NCBI GenBank assembly: GCA_031417295.1
Contig: JANOVJ010000392.1
Location: 1 to 36,483, forward strand
Length of the DNA: 36,483 bases
Origin: a bacterium
GTDB taxonomy: Bacteria; Pseudomonadota; Gammaproteobacteria; Burkholderiales; Burkholderiaceae_C
Direction of reading: 5' to 3'
Position numbers and translations under genes: made by a program. How positions within the stretch are numbered: position 1 is the first letter of the stretch; each line of letters begins with the position of its first letter. Positions 8,445 through 16,940 of this stretch are shown here, piece after piece. A model generated the notes under the pieces. That model saw nothing but the letters and a program-made list of their open reading frames with translations, was not told where the DNA came from and did no database searches.

Positions 8445-9941
8445 ATGAGCGAATCGAAAGAGACCTTGCCCGCAGCCACGCCGGCCAGCGTGTCCGCTGC
8501 ACCGCTGAAGGAACGCCTCGTCGTCACCGAGCACAAGCTCAAGGTCGGCAAACGCACGCTGGCCTACACCGCCACCTGCGGCACGCTGCTGCTGAGCGAA
8601 GGCGAAGCCAGCAAGGAAGGCATGCGCAGCGCCGGCAAGCCGCACGCTGAAGCGTTCTTCATCGCCTACACGCTTCACCGCGACGCCAAGGCCGACGACA
8701 AGCCGCGCCCGGTGACGTTCAGCTTCAACGGCGGCCCGGGGTCGAGCAGCGTCTGGCTGCACCTGGGCATTCTTGGCCCGCAGCGCGTCGCGACCGACGA
8801 GATGGGCAACGCGCCACCGCCGCCCTATGCGCTCATCGACAACGAACACACGCTGCTGACCGACAGCGACCTGGTGTTCATCGATCCCATCGGCACCGGC
8901 CATTCGCGCATGGCCGAAGGCGAGAAAGTGGCCGAGTTTCACGACTACCAGCGCGACCTCGACGCCGTGGGCGAGTTCATCCGCCTCTACCTCACACGCT
9001 ATGGGCGCTGGGATTCGGCGAAGTACCTGATCGGCGAAAGCTACGGCACCACCCGCGCCGCCGGCCTCTCGCTGCACCTGCAGGAAAAGCACGACATCTT
9101 CTTGAACGGCGTGATGCTGGTCTCGCTGGCGATCGACCTGCAAACGCTCAGCTTCGACCACGGCAACGAGTTGCCTTACGCCCTCTTCCTGCCCACCTAC
9201 GCGGCGACGGCGTGGTACCACAAGGCGCTCGCGCCCGAGCTGCAGAAGAAGCCGTTGCGCGAGGTGGTGGCGCAGGCCGAGGCGTTCGCGCTCGGCGAGT
9301 ACAGCAGTGCGCTGCTGCAGGGCTCGCGGCTCGATGCGCAGACGCGCGAGCACATCGCCGGCCAGGTGGCGCGGTTTTCGGGCCTCTCCGCCGAGTACGT
9401 GCTGCGCAGCGACCTGCGCCTCGGCGAGTTCCGCTACTTCAAGGAGCTGCTGCGCCACCGCGGGCAGACCGTCGGCAGGCTCGACTCGCGCTTCCTCGGC
9501 CTGGACCGCGACGACGCCGGCGAGAAGCCCGAAGACGATGCCGCGATGAGCAACCTGCTCGGCGCCTACGCCAGCGGCATCAACCGCCTGCTCAAGCAGA
9601 CGCTGAAGTACGACAGCGACGCGCCCTACGTCGTCCACGCGCCGATCTGGGACAAGTGGACGTGGAAAGACTTCGCCAACAAGTACGTCAACGTCGGCGC
9701 CAGCCTGCGCCGCGCGATGCACTCGAATGCGCACATGCGGGTCTACGTGGCCAGCGGCTACTACGACCTGGCCACGCCGCATGCGGCGGGCGACTACACG
9801 CTCAGCCACCTCGGCCTGCGCGACGGGCAGTGGCAGAAGATCGCGGTCAGCTACTTCGAGGCCGGGCACATGATGTACATCCACGGGCCCTCGCTCAAGC
9901 GCATGGCGGGCGAGTTGCGGGCGTTCGTGGCCGCGGCCTGA
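8445..9941 (+). CDS. S10-family serine carboxypeptidase
   Basis: Internal ATG at 8445 (MSESKETLP...). FNGGPGSSSVWLHLG and the catalytic-Ser motif YLIGESYGTTRAAG are S10 signatures. The upstream part of the track ORF overlaps the DUF429 gene. Confidence 0.85.
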   Translation: MSESKETLPAATPASVSAAPLKERLVVTEHKLKVGKRTLAYTATCGTLLLSEGEASKEGMRSAGKPHAEAFFIAYTLHRDAKADDKPRPVTFSFNGGPGSSSVWLHLGILGPQRVATDEMGNAPPPPYALIDNEHTLLTDSDLVFIDPIGTGHSRMAEGEKVAEFHDYQRDLDAVGEFIRLYLTRYGRWDSAKYLIGESYGTTRAAGLSLHLQEKHDIFLNGVMLVSLAIDLQTLSFDHGNELPYALFLPTYAATAWYHKALAPELQKKPLREVVAQAEAFALGEYSSALLQGSRLDAQTREHIAGQVARFSGLSAEYVLRSDLRLGEFRYFKELLRHRGQTVGRLDSRFLGLDRDDAGEKPEDDAAMSNLLGAYASGINRLLKQTLKYDSDAPYVVHAPIWDKWTWKDFANKYVNVGASLRRAMHSNAHMRVYVASGYYDLATPHAAGDYTLSHLGLRDGQWQKIAVSYFEAGHMMYIHGPSLKRMAGELRAFVAAA

Positions 9942-10101
9942 TGTCTTGTCGATCTAGCATCGGCGCCCGCTGGCTCGATACTGCTGAAGGTTTGGCTGCA
10001 GTGTGCCGATACCCCAGCCATGACACGGCCGGCAGGCAGGCGACCGCGTGCCCTTGGGGCTCGCTGAAAACGCCAGGCACGGCCGCCACGGGAAGGACCC
10101 C

Positions 10102-11181
10102 ATGCACATCACCCTCATGAACCATCAACCCGCTTCGGCGCCTCGCCGCGTGATGTTGGCGCGCCGCCTGGTCGCCCTCGCGCTGGCCGCCATCGCCGCC
10201 CCGGTGGCCGCGGCCTGGGAACCCACCGCACCGGTCGAACTCGTCGTGCCGGCGGGCACCGGCGGCGGCGCCGACCAGATGGCCCGCTTCATCCAGCAGA
10301 TGGTGGCCAAGCACGGCCTGATGAAGCAGCCGCTGACGGTCGTCAACAAGGCCGAGAACTCGGGCGTCGAGGGCCTGCTCGATGTCAAGGCCGCGAAGGG
10401 CAACCCGAACAAGCTGATCATCACGCTGTCGAGCCTGTTCACCACACCGCTCGCGACAGGCACCGACTTCAACTGGCGCGACATCACGCCGGTGCAGATG
10501 CTGGCGCTCGACCAGTTCGTGCTCTGGGTCAACGCCGCGTCGCCGCACAAGACGGCCAAGGACGTGCTCGACGCGCTGCGCAGCGCGCCGCCCGGCAGCG
10601 TCAAGCTCGGCGGCACCGGCAAGAAGCAGGAAGACCAGTTGATCGGCGTGCTGCTCGAAACCGCGGCCGCCACGCGCATCGCGTATGTGCCGCTGAAGGG
10701 CGGCGGCGATGTGGCCAACACCTTGGCGGCCGGCGACGTGGACCTGACCGTCAACAACCCGATCGAGGCCGAGAAGCTCTGGCGCGAAGGCAAGCTGCGC
10801 CCGTTGTGCGTCTTCGACGGCCTGAAGCTCGACTACCCGGCCAAGGTGGCCGGCAACCAGAGCTGGAGCGATCTGCCGACCTGTATGTCGTTCGGCATCC
10901 CGGTGCAGTACTTGATGATGCGCGGCATCTTCATGGGCCCGGGCGGCACGCCGGAGCAGGTGGCCTACTACGTGCAGGTGCTGGAGAAGGTGCGTGCGCT
11001 GCCGGAGTGGAAGGAGTTCATGGCCAAGGGCGCCTTCAAGCAGACCACGATGAATGGCGAGGCCTTCACCGCCTGGCTGGAACAGGCCGAAAGTTTTCAC
11101 CGCGTGGTAATGCGCGAGGCCAAGCTGATGGCGCCCGCGGGCGGTGCGGCGGTTGCCGCGCTGCCAGCGCCGAAGAAGTGA
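10102..11181 (+). CDS. tripartite tricarboxylate transporter substrate-binding protein (TctC/Bug-like), periplasmic
   Basis: ATG 10102 follows GGAAGGA. Signal peptide RRVMLARRLVALALAAIAAPVAAA, then VVPAGTGGGADQMARFIQQ, the family motif. No tctA/tctB genes are adjacent. Confidence 0.75.
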   Translation: MHITLMNHQPASAPRRVMLARRLVALALAAIAAPVAAAWEPTAPVELVVPAGTGGGADQMARFIQQMVAKHGLMKQPLTVVNKAENSGVEGLLDVKAAKGNPNKLIITLSSLFTTPLATGTDFNWRDITPVQMLALDQFVLWVNAASPHKTAKDVLDALRSAPPGSVKLGGTGKKQEDQLIGVLLETAAATRIAYVPLKGGGDVANTLAAGDVDLTVNNPIEAEKLWREGKLRPLCVFDGLKLDYPAKVAGNQSWSDLPTCMSFGIPVQYLMMRGIFMGPGGTPEQVAYYVQVLEKVRALPEWKEFMAKGAFKQTTMNGEAFTAWLEQAESFHRVVMREAKLMAPAGGAAVAALPAPKK

Positions 11182-11187
11182 GCCGCT

Positions 11188-11224
11188 GGCTCCCTCGCCC
11201 CTTTGGGGAAAGGGAGAGGGAGCC
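11188..11224. repeat. REP-like hairpin, possible bidirectional terminator
   Basis: GGCTCCCTC (11188-11196) pairs with GAGGGAGCC (11216-11224), with an inner CCCC-ttt-GGGG. It shares the GGGAGAGGG core with the hairpins at 32402-32490. It sits between convergent genes. Confidence 0.6.
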
Positions 11225-11275
11225 AAACCGAAACACGCTCGGCCAGGGAGGCAGGCGGCTCGATGGCGCTGCAAG

Positions 11276-12157
11276 CTATCCCAGCGCCAAGCCTGCCACC
11301 CCCAGCGCGATCGCCACCGCGCCGATCAGCCGCAGCGCGCGGTCGCCTTCACCGAGCAACTGCCCGCCCAGCAGCGCGGCGAACAGCATCGAGATCTCGC
11401 GCGCCGGCGCGACATGGCTGAGCGGCGCCATCGTCAGCGCGTACAACACCATCACGTAGCTCAGCGGCCCCAGCGTGGCGACGACGAGCGCTGGCCGCCA
11501 CTGGCTGCGGCACGCTTGCCAGAACCCGCGCGGGTCGCGCAGCGCGAAGGGCAGCATCACCGGCACGCGCAGCAGGTTGCCCACGTAGTCAACCAGGATC
11601 GGCGACAGCAGCAGCACCTTCACCGCATAGCCGTCAACCACGCTGTAGCCGGCGATGAACACGCCGGTCAGCGCGCCCCACAGCACGCCGCAGCGGACGC
11701 GCTCGCTCTGCGACACGTCATGCGCCTTGCGCCACACCGCCCACCCGCCGGCAATCAGGAACACGCCGCACACCACCGCCAGCGCCCCGACGGCACTCAC
11801 GAGCGAGAGCGTTTCGCCGAGCAGTGCCACCGCGCCGAGTGACGTCAGCAGCGGCCCGCTGCCGCGCGCCACCGGATACACCACCGTGAGGTCGGCCACG
11901 CTGTAGCCGTGCAGCAGCGTGCGGAAGTACAGCACGTGAAGCACCGCGCTCGCGCCGAGCACGGCCCACTCGCGCGCCCCGAGCCGCGCCACCGCGTCGA
12001 TGCCCACCCACACCGCCGCCGGGGCCCACACCAGCGAAACGAGCAGCGCGCCGAGCAGCACGAAGTGGTTGCCGCCACCGGCCTTCTTTGCGACCAGGTT
12101 CCAGCTTGCATGGAGCAGCGCGGCGGCGAGCACGAGGCCAAGCGCAAAAGGGGACAT
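11276..12157 (-). CDS. DMT-superfamily (EamA-like) transporter
   Basis: 293 aa with about 10 hydrophobic helices. N-terminal LLHASWNLVAKK is typical of EamA repeats. Confidence 0.85.
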   Translation of the reverse strand: MSPFALGLVLAAALLHASWNLVAKKAGGGNHFVLLGALLVSLVWAPAAVWVGIDAVARLGAREWAVLGASAVLHVLYFRTLLHGYSVADLTVVYPVARGSGPLLTSLGAVALLGETLSLVSAVGALAVVCGVFLIAGGWAVWRKAHDVSQSERVRCGVLWGALTGVFIAGYSVVDGYAVKVLLLSPILVDYVGNLLRVPVMLPFALRDPRGFWQACRSQWRPALVVATLGPLSYVMVLYALTMAPLSHVAPAREISMLFAALLGGQLLGEGDRALRLIGAVAIALGVAGLALG

Positions 12158-12333
12158 GCGGCGAGTCTAGAGCGCGAAGCGAAGGGCGAGGGGCCCCGGA
12201 ACGGGGATCGACCAGCGCAGCGATCGGCGAAGGAGCGGGCTCGATGCCCGCGACTGAGTGCGCGTTTGCGCGCACCACCGGCAACGCGGCCCAACCGCTA
12301 CGATGCGTGCCTTGCTCTCATTCCAAGGACTCC

Positions 12334-13284
12334 ATGGCCGGTGCCAGCCTGATCGCGCTCATCGACGACATCGCGAGCGTGCTCGACGACGTGGCGTTGC
12401 TGACCAAGGTGGCCGCGAAGAAGACCGCCGGCGTGCTCGGCGACGACCTGGCGCTGAATGCACAGCAGGTCAGCGGCGTCGCCGCCGATCGCGAGCTGCC
12501 GGTGGTGTGGGCCGTGGCCAAGGGCTCGGCCGTCAACAAGCTGATCCTGGTGCCGCTGGCGCTGCTGATCAGTGCCTTCGCGCCGTGGGCGGTGACGCCG
12601 CTGTTGATGGTGGGTGGCGCGTTCCTGTGCTACGAAGGCTTTGAGAAGCTGGCGCACAAGTTCCTCCACAGCCCGGCGCAAGACGCGGCACAACGCGCCG
12701 ATCGGGCGCAGGCGCTGGCCGACCCGGCGCTGGACGGGGTGGCGCTGGAGCGCAGCAAGGTCAAGGGCGCGGTGCGAACCGACTTCGTGCTCTCGGCCGA
12801 GATCATCGCGATCACGCTCGGCACGGTGGCGGACGCGGCGTTCGTGACGCAGGTGACGGTGCTGGCCGGCATCGCGGTCGTGATGACGATCGGCGTCTAT
12901 GGTCTGGTGGCCGGGATCGTCAAGCTCGACGACCTGGGCCTGCACCTGAGCCGCCAGCCCAGCGCGCCCGCACGCTCCGCGGGCCGGGCCATCCTGACGG
13001 CGGCGCCATCCCTGATGAAGGGCCTGTCGATCGCCGGCACGGCCGCGATGTTCCTCGTTGGCGGCGGCATCCTCACACACGGCCTGACGCCACTGCACCC
13101 TGCGATCGAGCGGCTTGCCCAGGCTGCGGCGGCCTGGCCCGGCGTCGGGAATGTGGCCGCCGTTCTCACGCCCTTCGTGGCCGATGCGCTGGTCGGCGTG
13201 GTGGCCGGTGCGCTGGTGCTTGCGGCGGTGACGGCGGGCGGGAAGGCCTGGCACGCCGCCCGGGGCCGCAAGCCCGGCCCTTAG
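12334..13284 (+). CDS. DUF808-family inner-membrane protein (YedI-like)
   Basis: Internal ATG at 12334 after AAGGAC. MAGASLIALIDDIASVLDDVALLTKVAAKKTAGVLGDDLALNAQQV is the characteristic DUF808 N-terminus. Confidence 0.85.
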   Translation: MAGASLIALIDDIASVLDDVALLTKVAAKKTAGVLGDDLALNAQQVSGVAADRELPVVWAVAKGSAVNKLILVPLALLISAFAPWAVTPLLMVGGAFLCYEGFEKLAHKFLHSPAQDAAQRADRAQALADPALDGVALERSKVKGAVRTDFVLSAEIIAITLGTVADAAFVTQVTVLAGIAVVMTIGVYGLVAGIVKLDDLGLHLSRQPSAPARSAGRAILTAAPSLMKGLSIAGTAAMFLVGGGILTHGLTPLHPAIERLAQAAAAWPGVGNVAAVLTPFVADALVGVVAGALVLAAVTAGGKAWHAARGRKPGP

Positions 13285-13618
13285 CGGCGCTGGCGGCGCT
13301 CGCGGCGCTGGCGGCCAGGCTGCAAGCGAACGGCAAGCCGCCGCCGAAGCTTCGCCGCGACGAGCAAGCCGCGCTCGAACGACAGCGCCCCGTCGTATCG
13401 AAAGCGCGCAGCGTGCCGGTGGCGCAGGAGATCGAGCGCTCGTCATCGCGGCCGCGACTGTTCGCTGACGCACAGACACCGAGATGAGACGCGCTGAAAC
13501 TGCACGCCAGGGCGAGGCCGGATCGGGCCCCGCCAAGCTATCGGCTGTTCTCGAGCGAACCCTTGCGTGTTCGCGAAAGCATGGGAAACGCCGAGCCATC
13601 GCCGGAGCGCAGTAAAGC

Positions 13619-14026
13619 ATGAACCAGGCACGGGTATTGGTCGTCGATGACAACGAAATGTTCATCGAAATGTCGAAGTTCATGCTCACCGCAGCCGGTT
13701 ACGCGGTCGAAACCGCTCCCGGTGCAAGCCAGGCGGTCGTGAAGATTCCGGTTTTCCTCCCTGACGTGATCCTGATGGACATTCAGATGCCGGTCATCGA
13801 CGGCATGGAGCTGACGCGGCGCCTCAAGGCCGACCCGGCGACGCGCCAGATCGTGATCATCGCCTTCACCGCGTTTGCGCTGAAGGGCGACGAACTCGGG
13901 TTGCGCGCCGCCGGCTTCGACGGCTATATCGCCAAGCCGGTGGACGTGATGACGCTGGCGGCCGAGGTGCGCTTCTGGCTCGAAGGCCCTTCGAGCGCGC
14001 GGGCGAGCCACTTTGTCTGGCCCTGA
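13619..14026 (+). CDS. single-domain response regulator (CheY-like receiver)
   Basis: VLVVDDNEM..., ILMDIQMPVIDG (phospho-acceptor Asp), AFTAFA, YIAKPVD (conserved Lys). Confidence 0.9.
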   Translation: MNQARVLVVDDNEMFIEMSKFMLTAAGYAVETAPGASQAVVKIPVFLPDVILMDIQMPVIDGMELTRRLKADPATRQIVIIAFTAFALKGDELGLRAAGFDGYIAKPVDVMTLAAEVRFWLEGPSSARASHFVWP

Positions 14027-14095
14027 GCGCGCGATGAGAAGGCGGCACGAGCGGTGCGGCCCCGCGGCCGTCGGCCGCCGAAAGCAAGCACCGCC

Positions 14096-16483
14096 ATGAC
14101 GCAGGCCGCCCCGCTACCGGCTGCCTACAGCATCAAGCGCCACGGCATCTCGCTTTCCAATTGCGACGACGAGCCGGTACAGACGCCAGGCTGCATCCAG
14201 GCCCACGGCATGCTGCTGGCGCTGCGCCCCGCCGATCTCGTGGTGACGCAGGTGAGCGAAAACTGCGCGCGCTGGACCGCTTCGTCGGTCGATGCGGTAC
14301 TGGGCAGCCGCCTGTCGCAAGTGGTCGGCGCGCCCGCGGCGGAGCGCATCCGCGAAGTCATCCGCACCGAAGTGCTGGACCGCAACCCCTGCTATGCGGT
14401 CACCGCGCGCCTGCCCGGGATGCCCGACAGCGCCCCGGCGATGGACATGAGCATCCACACCGCCGACGGCGTGCTGCTGCTGGAACTGGAGCCCAGCAGT
14501 CGCGCGCCACCCGTCGTCGGCCAGGACGGCGACTACTTTTCGATGGTCAGGAAGACGATCGGGCGTCTCAAGTCGACCCAGTCGCTGGCCGAGTTTTGCG
14601 AAGTGGTGGCACGCGAGGCGCGCAGCATCACCGGCCTCGACCGGGCGATGGTGTACTTCTTTCACGCCGACGACAGCGGCGAAGTGATGGCCGACGCGCG
14701 GCGCGAAGACCTGCCGTCGTGGCAGGGGCTGCGCTATCCGGCGGGCGACATTCCGCGGCCGGCGCGCGAGATCTTCAAACGCATCGGCGTGCGCCCCCTG
14801 CCCGACGCCCAGGGCGAACTCTGCGAGATGGTGCCGCTCCTCAACCCGGACACCCAGCGCCCGCTGGAGATGACGTACTGCGCGCTGCGCGGCGCATCGG
14901 TGATGTACACCGAATACCTGCGGAACATGGGCGTGGCCGCCACCCTGACGATGCCGATCCTGCGTGACGGCGAGCTGTGGGGGCTGATTGCCTGCCACCA
15001 CTACACCGCGAAGGCGCTGGCGTACCCGCTGCGCGCCGCCGCCGAGTTTCTGGCGCAGATCGCATCGCTCGAAGTCGCGCAGGCCGAATTGCGCGAACAC
15101 CTGCAATACCGCATCCATCTCGACGCCGTGCATCTGGCGGTGCTGGCACGCGCTGCCGGCGACGGCCAGCTTGCGGCCGCCGCTCCCGCAGGGTCGGGCC
15201 TGCGCGACGGCATCCAGGCCGACGGCGTGGCGATCTTCCAGAACGGTCATTGGCTGACCGCGGGCAGCACCCCCGACGAGACGCACCTGAAGCCGCTGGC
15301 CACCTGGCTGCGCGCCCGCATCGATGCCGCGCGCGATGGCCTCCAGGCCTATGCCACCGATGCGCTGGGCGCCGCCTATCCGCCAGCCGCCGCGTTTGCC
15401 GACCTGGCAAGCGGCGTGCTGGCGACAGCCGTCTCGCGCCACGGCGACAGCCCGCTCATCGTCTGGTTCCGTGGCGAACAGGTGCAGACCTACAACTGGG
15501 CCGGCAATCCGCACGCAAAGCCCACCGCCTTCGGCCCGCAAGGCCCGCGCCTGACGCCACGGCGCAGCTTCGATCTGTGGCAGGAACAGGTGCGCGGCCG
15601 GTCCGCGCCGTGGCGCAAGGTCGAGATCGAGGCCGCCCAACGCCTGCGCGGGATGGTGATGGACCTGGTCGTCGTGCGCGCCGAACAGTTGGCCGAAGCG
15701 AATGCCGAGCTGGCGCGCAGCAATGCCGAACTCGATGCCTTCGCCTACGTCGCCGGGCACGACCTGAAGGAGCCCTTGCGCGGCATCAACAAGTATGCCT
15801 ACCGCTTGCTGGAAGACGCCAAGGCCGGCCGCGCACAAGACACGGCGCGCATCGAGTGGCTGCTGCGGCTGACGCTGCGCATGGACACCTTGCTCGACGC
15901 GCTGCTGCACTATTCGCGGGTCGGCCGCCTGTCGCTGGACTTCACCGTGACCGACCTTGGCCCGGTGCTGGTCGAGGCGATGGAGATGCTCGGCGCCCGC
16001 CTCGCCGACAGCAAGGTCGAGGTGTTCGTGCCGCGGCCGATGCCGCTGGCGCGTTGCGACCGCGTGCGCGTGCGCGAGGTGTTCGCCAACCTGATCTCCA
16101 ATGCCGCGAAGTACAACGACAAGGCGCAGCCCTGGGTGGAAATCGGGCACATCGCCGTTCACGACGCGCCAACGGCCCCGCCGCGGCCGGCATCGGCGCC
16201 CGCCGAAGCGCACAAGGACACGATCTTTTACGTGCGCGACAACGGCATCGGCATCGAAGAACGGCACCGGGACCGCGTGTTCGAGATCTTCAAGCGCCTG
16301 CACGCGCCGGAGGCTTTCGGTGGCGGCAGCGGCGCGGGCTTGACGATCGCCCGCAAGATGGTCGAACAGCACTTGGGCCGGCTGTGGTTCGACTCCCAGC
16401 CCGGCGTGGGCTCGACCTTCTACTTCACGCTGCCCGATGCACCCGACGCCAGCATTTCCGGAACGGTCGCCGATGTGGCCTGA
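14096..16483 (+). CDS. bphP: bacteriophytochrome histidine kinase (PAS2-GAF-PHY-HisKA-HATPase_c)
   Basis: N-terminal Cys motif SNCDDEPVQTPGCIQAHG. GAF motifs YPAGDIP, EYLRNMGV and LWGLIACHH. PHY tongue motifs NWAGNP and PRRSFDLWQEQVRGRS. H-box AGHDLKEPLRGI. N, G1 and G2 boxes NLISNAAKY, DNGIGI and GSGAGLTIARKMV. Confidence 0.92.
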   Translation: MTQAAPLPAAYSIKRHGISLSNCDDEPVQTPGCIQAHGMLLALRPADLVVTQVSENCARWTASSVDAVLGSRLSQVVGAPAAERIREVIRTEVLDRNPCYAVTARLPGMPDSAPAMDMSIHTADGVLLLELEPSSRAPPVVGQDGDYFSMVRKTIGRLKSTQSLAEFCEVVAREARSITGLDRAMVYFFHADDSGEVMADARREDLPSWQGLRYPAGDIPRPAREIFKRIGVRPLPDAQGELCEMVPLLNPDTQRPLEMTYCALRGASVMYTEYLRNMGVAATLTMPILRDGELWGLIACHHYTAKALAYPLRAAAEFLAQIASLEVAQAELREHLQYRIHLDAVHLAVLARAAGDGQLAAAAPAGSGLRDGIQADGVAIFQNGHWLTAGSTPDETHLKPLATWLRARIDAARDGLQAYATDALGAAYPPAAAFADLASGVLATAVSRHGDSPLIVWFRGEQVQTYNWAGNPHAKPTAFGPQGPRLTPRRSFDLWQEQVRGRSAPWRKVEIEAAQRLRGMVMDLVVVRAEQLAEANAELARSNAELDAFAYVAGHDLKEPLRGINKYAYRLLEDAKAGRAQDTARIEWLLRLTLRMDTLLDALLHYSRVGRLSLDFTVTDLGPVLVEAMEMLGARLADSKVEVFVPRPMPLARCDRVRVREVFANLISNAAKYNDKAQPWVEIGHIAVHDAPTAPPRPASAPAEAHKDTIFYVRDNGIGIEERHRDRVFEIFKRLHAPEAFGGGSGAGLTIARKMVEQHLGRLWFDSQPGVGSTFYFTLPDAPDASISGTVADVA

Positions 16484-16940
16484 ACCGGGCCAGGCCGAAC
16501 GACGCCCCGTGCTCGTGGTCGAAGACTCCGCCGACGACTTCGACACCGTGGTCGTGGCCGCGCAGCGGGCACGGGTGGCCAACCGCCTGGTCCACGCCGC
16601 CGACGCCGATGCCGCGGCGCGCCTGTTCGGGCAGGAGCCGGCCGGCAGCTTCGCCTTCGTGCTGCTGGACTACAACCTGCCTGGGGTGGACGGGCTGGTG
16701 TTCCTGCGGCGCATGCGCGAGGGGCTGCAAGCCAGGCTGCCGGCGGTGATCCTCACCACCAGCGTCAACCCGTGCGACCGCGACGCCTTCTACAAAGCGG
16801 GCGCGAATGCCTACCACCTCAAGCAAGTGCAGTACAGCGAGTGCCTGCGCACGCTCGAAGCCATCTTCAACTACTGGCTGCACCGCGTCGCCCTGCCCGG
16901 ACACGCCCCCCTGCCAGCCCTTGCCGAGCCGACAAGATGA
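16473..16940 (+). CDS. single-domain response regulator (phytochrome-associated, Rcp-like)
   Basis: ATG 16473 overlaps the bphP 3' end by 11 nt. VLVVEDSADD, VLLDYNLPGVDG, ILTTS and YHLKQV are receiver signatures. Confidence 0.85.
   Translation: MWPEPGQAERRPVLVVEDSADDFDTVVVAAQRARVANRLVHAADADAAARLFGQEPAGSFAFVLLDYNLPGVDGLVFLRRMREGLQARLPAVILTTSVNPCDRDAFYKAGANAYHLKQVQYSECLRTLEAIFNYWLHRVALPGHAPLPALAEPTR

Noticed and set aside
7869-9884. Very long antisense or shadow ORFs: 7869-9884(-) 671 aa, 14114-16582(-) 822 aa, 17408-19138(-) 576 aa, 34064-35866(-) 600 aa, 3933-5279(-) 448 aa, 19279-20661(-) 460 aa, 52-1065(+), 203-1351(+).
   Set aside because: All are Arg/Ala/Gly/Pro/His-rich with no recognisable motifs. 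Each lies opposite or out of frame to genes with strong family signatures. This is the typical stop-codon-poor shadow-frame pattern of high-GC DNA.
13285-14095. Heme oxygenase (bphO) expected next to bphP.
   Set aside because: The only gene upstream is a receiver-domain protein, and no ORF with heme-oxygenase character exists anywhere in the window. Absence from the window says nothing about the rest of the genome, so it is noted only inside the relay finding.
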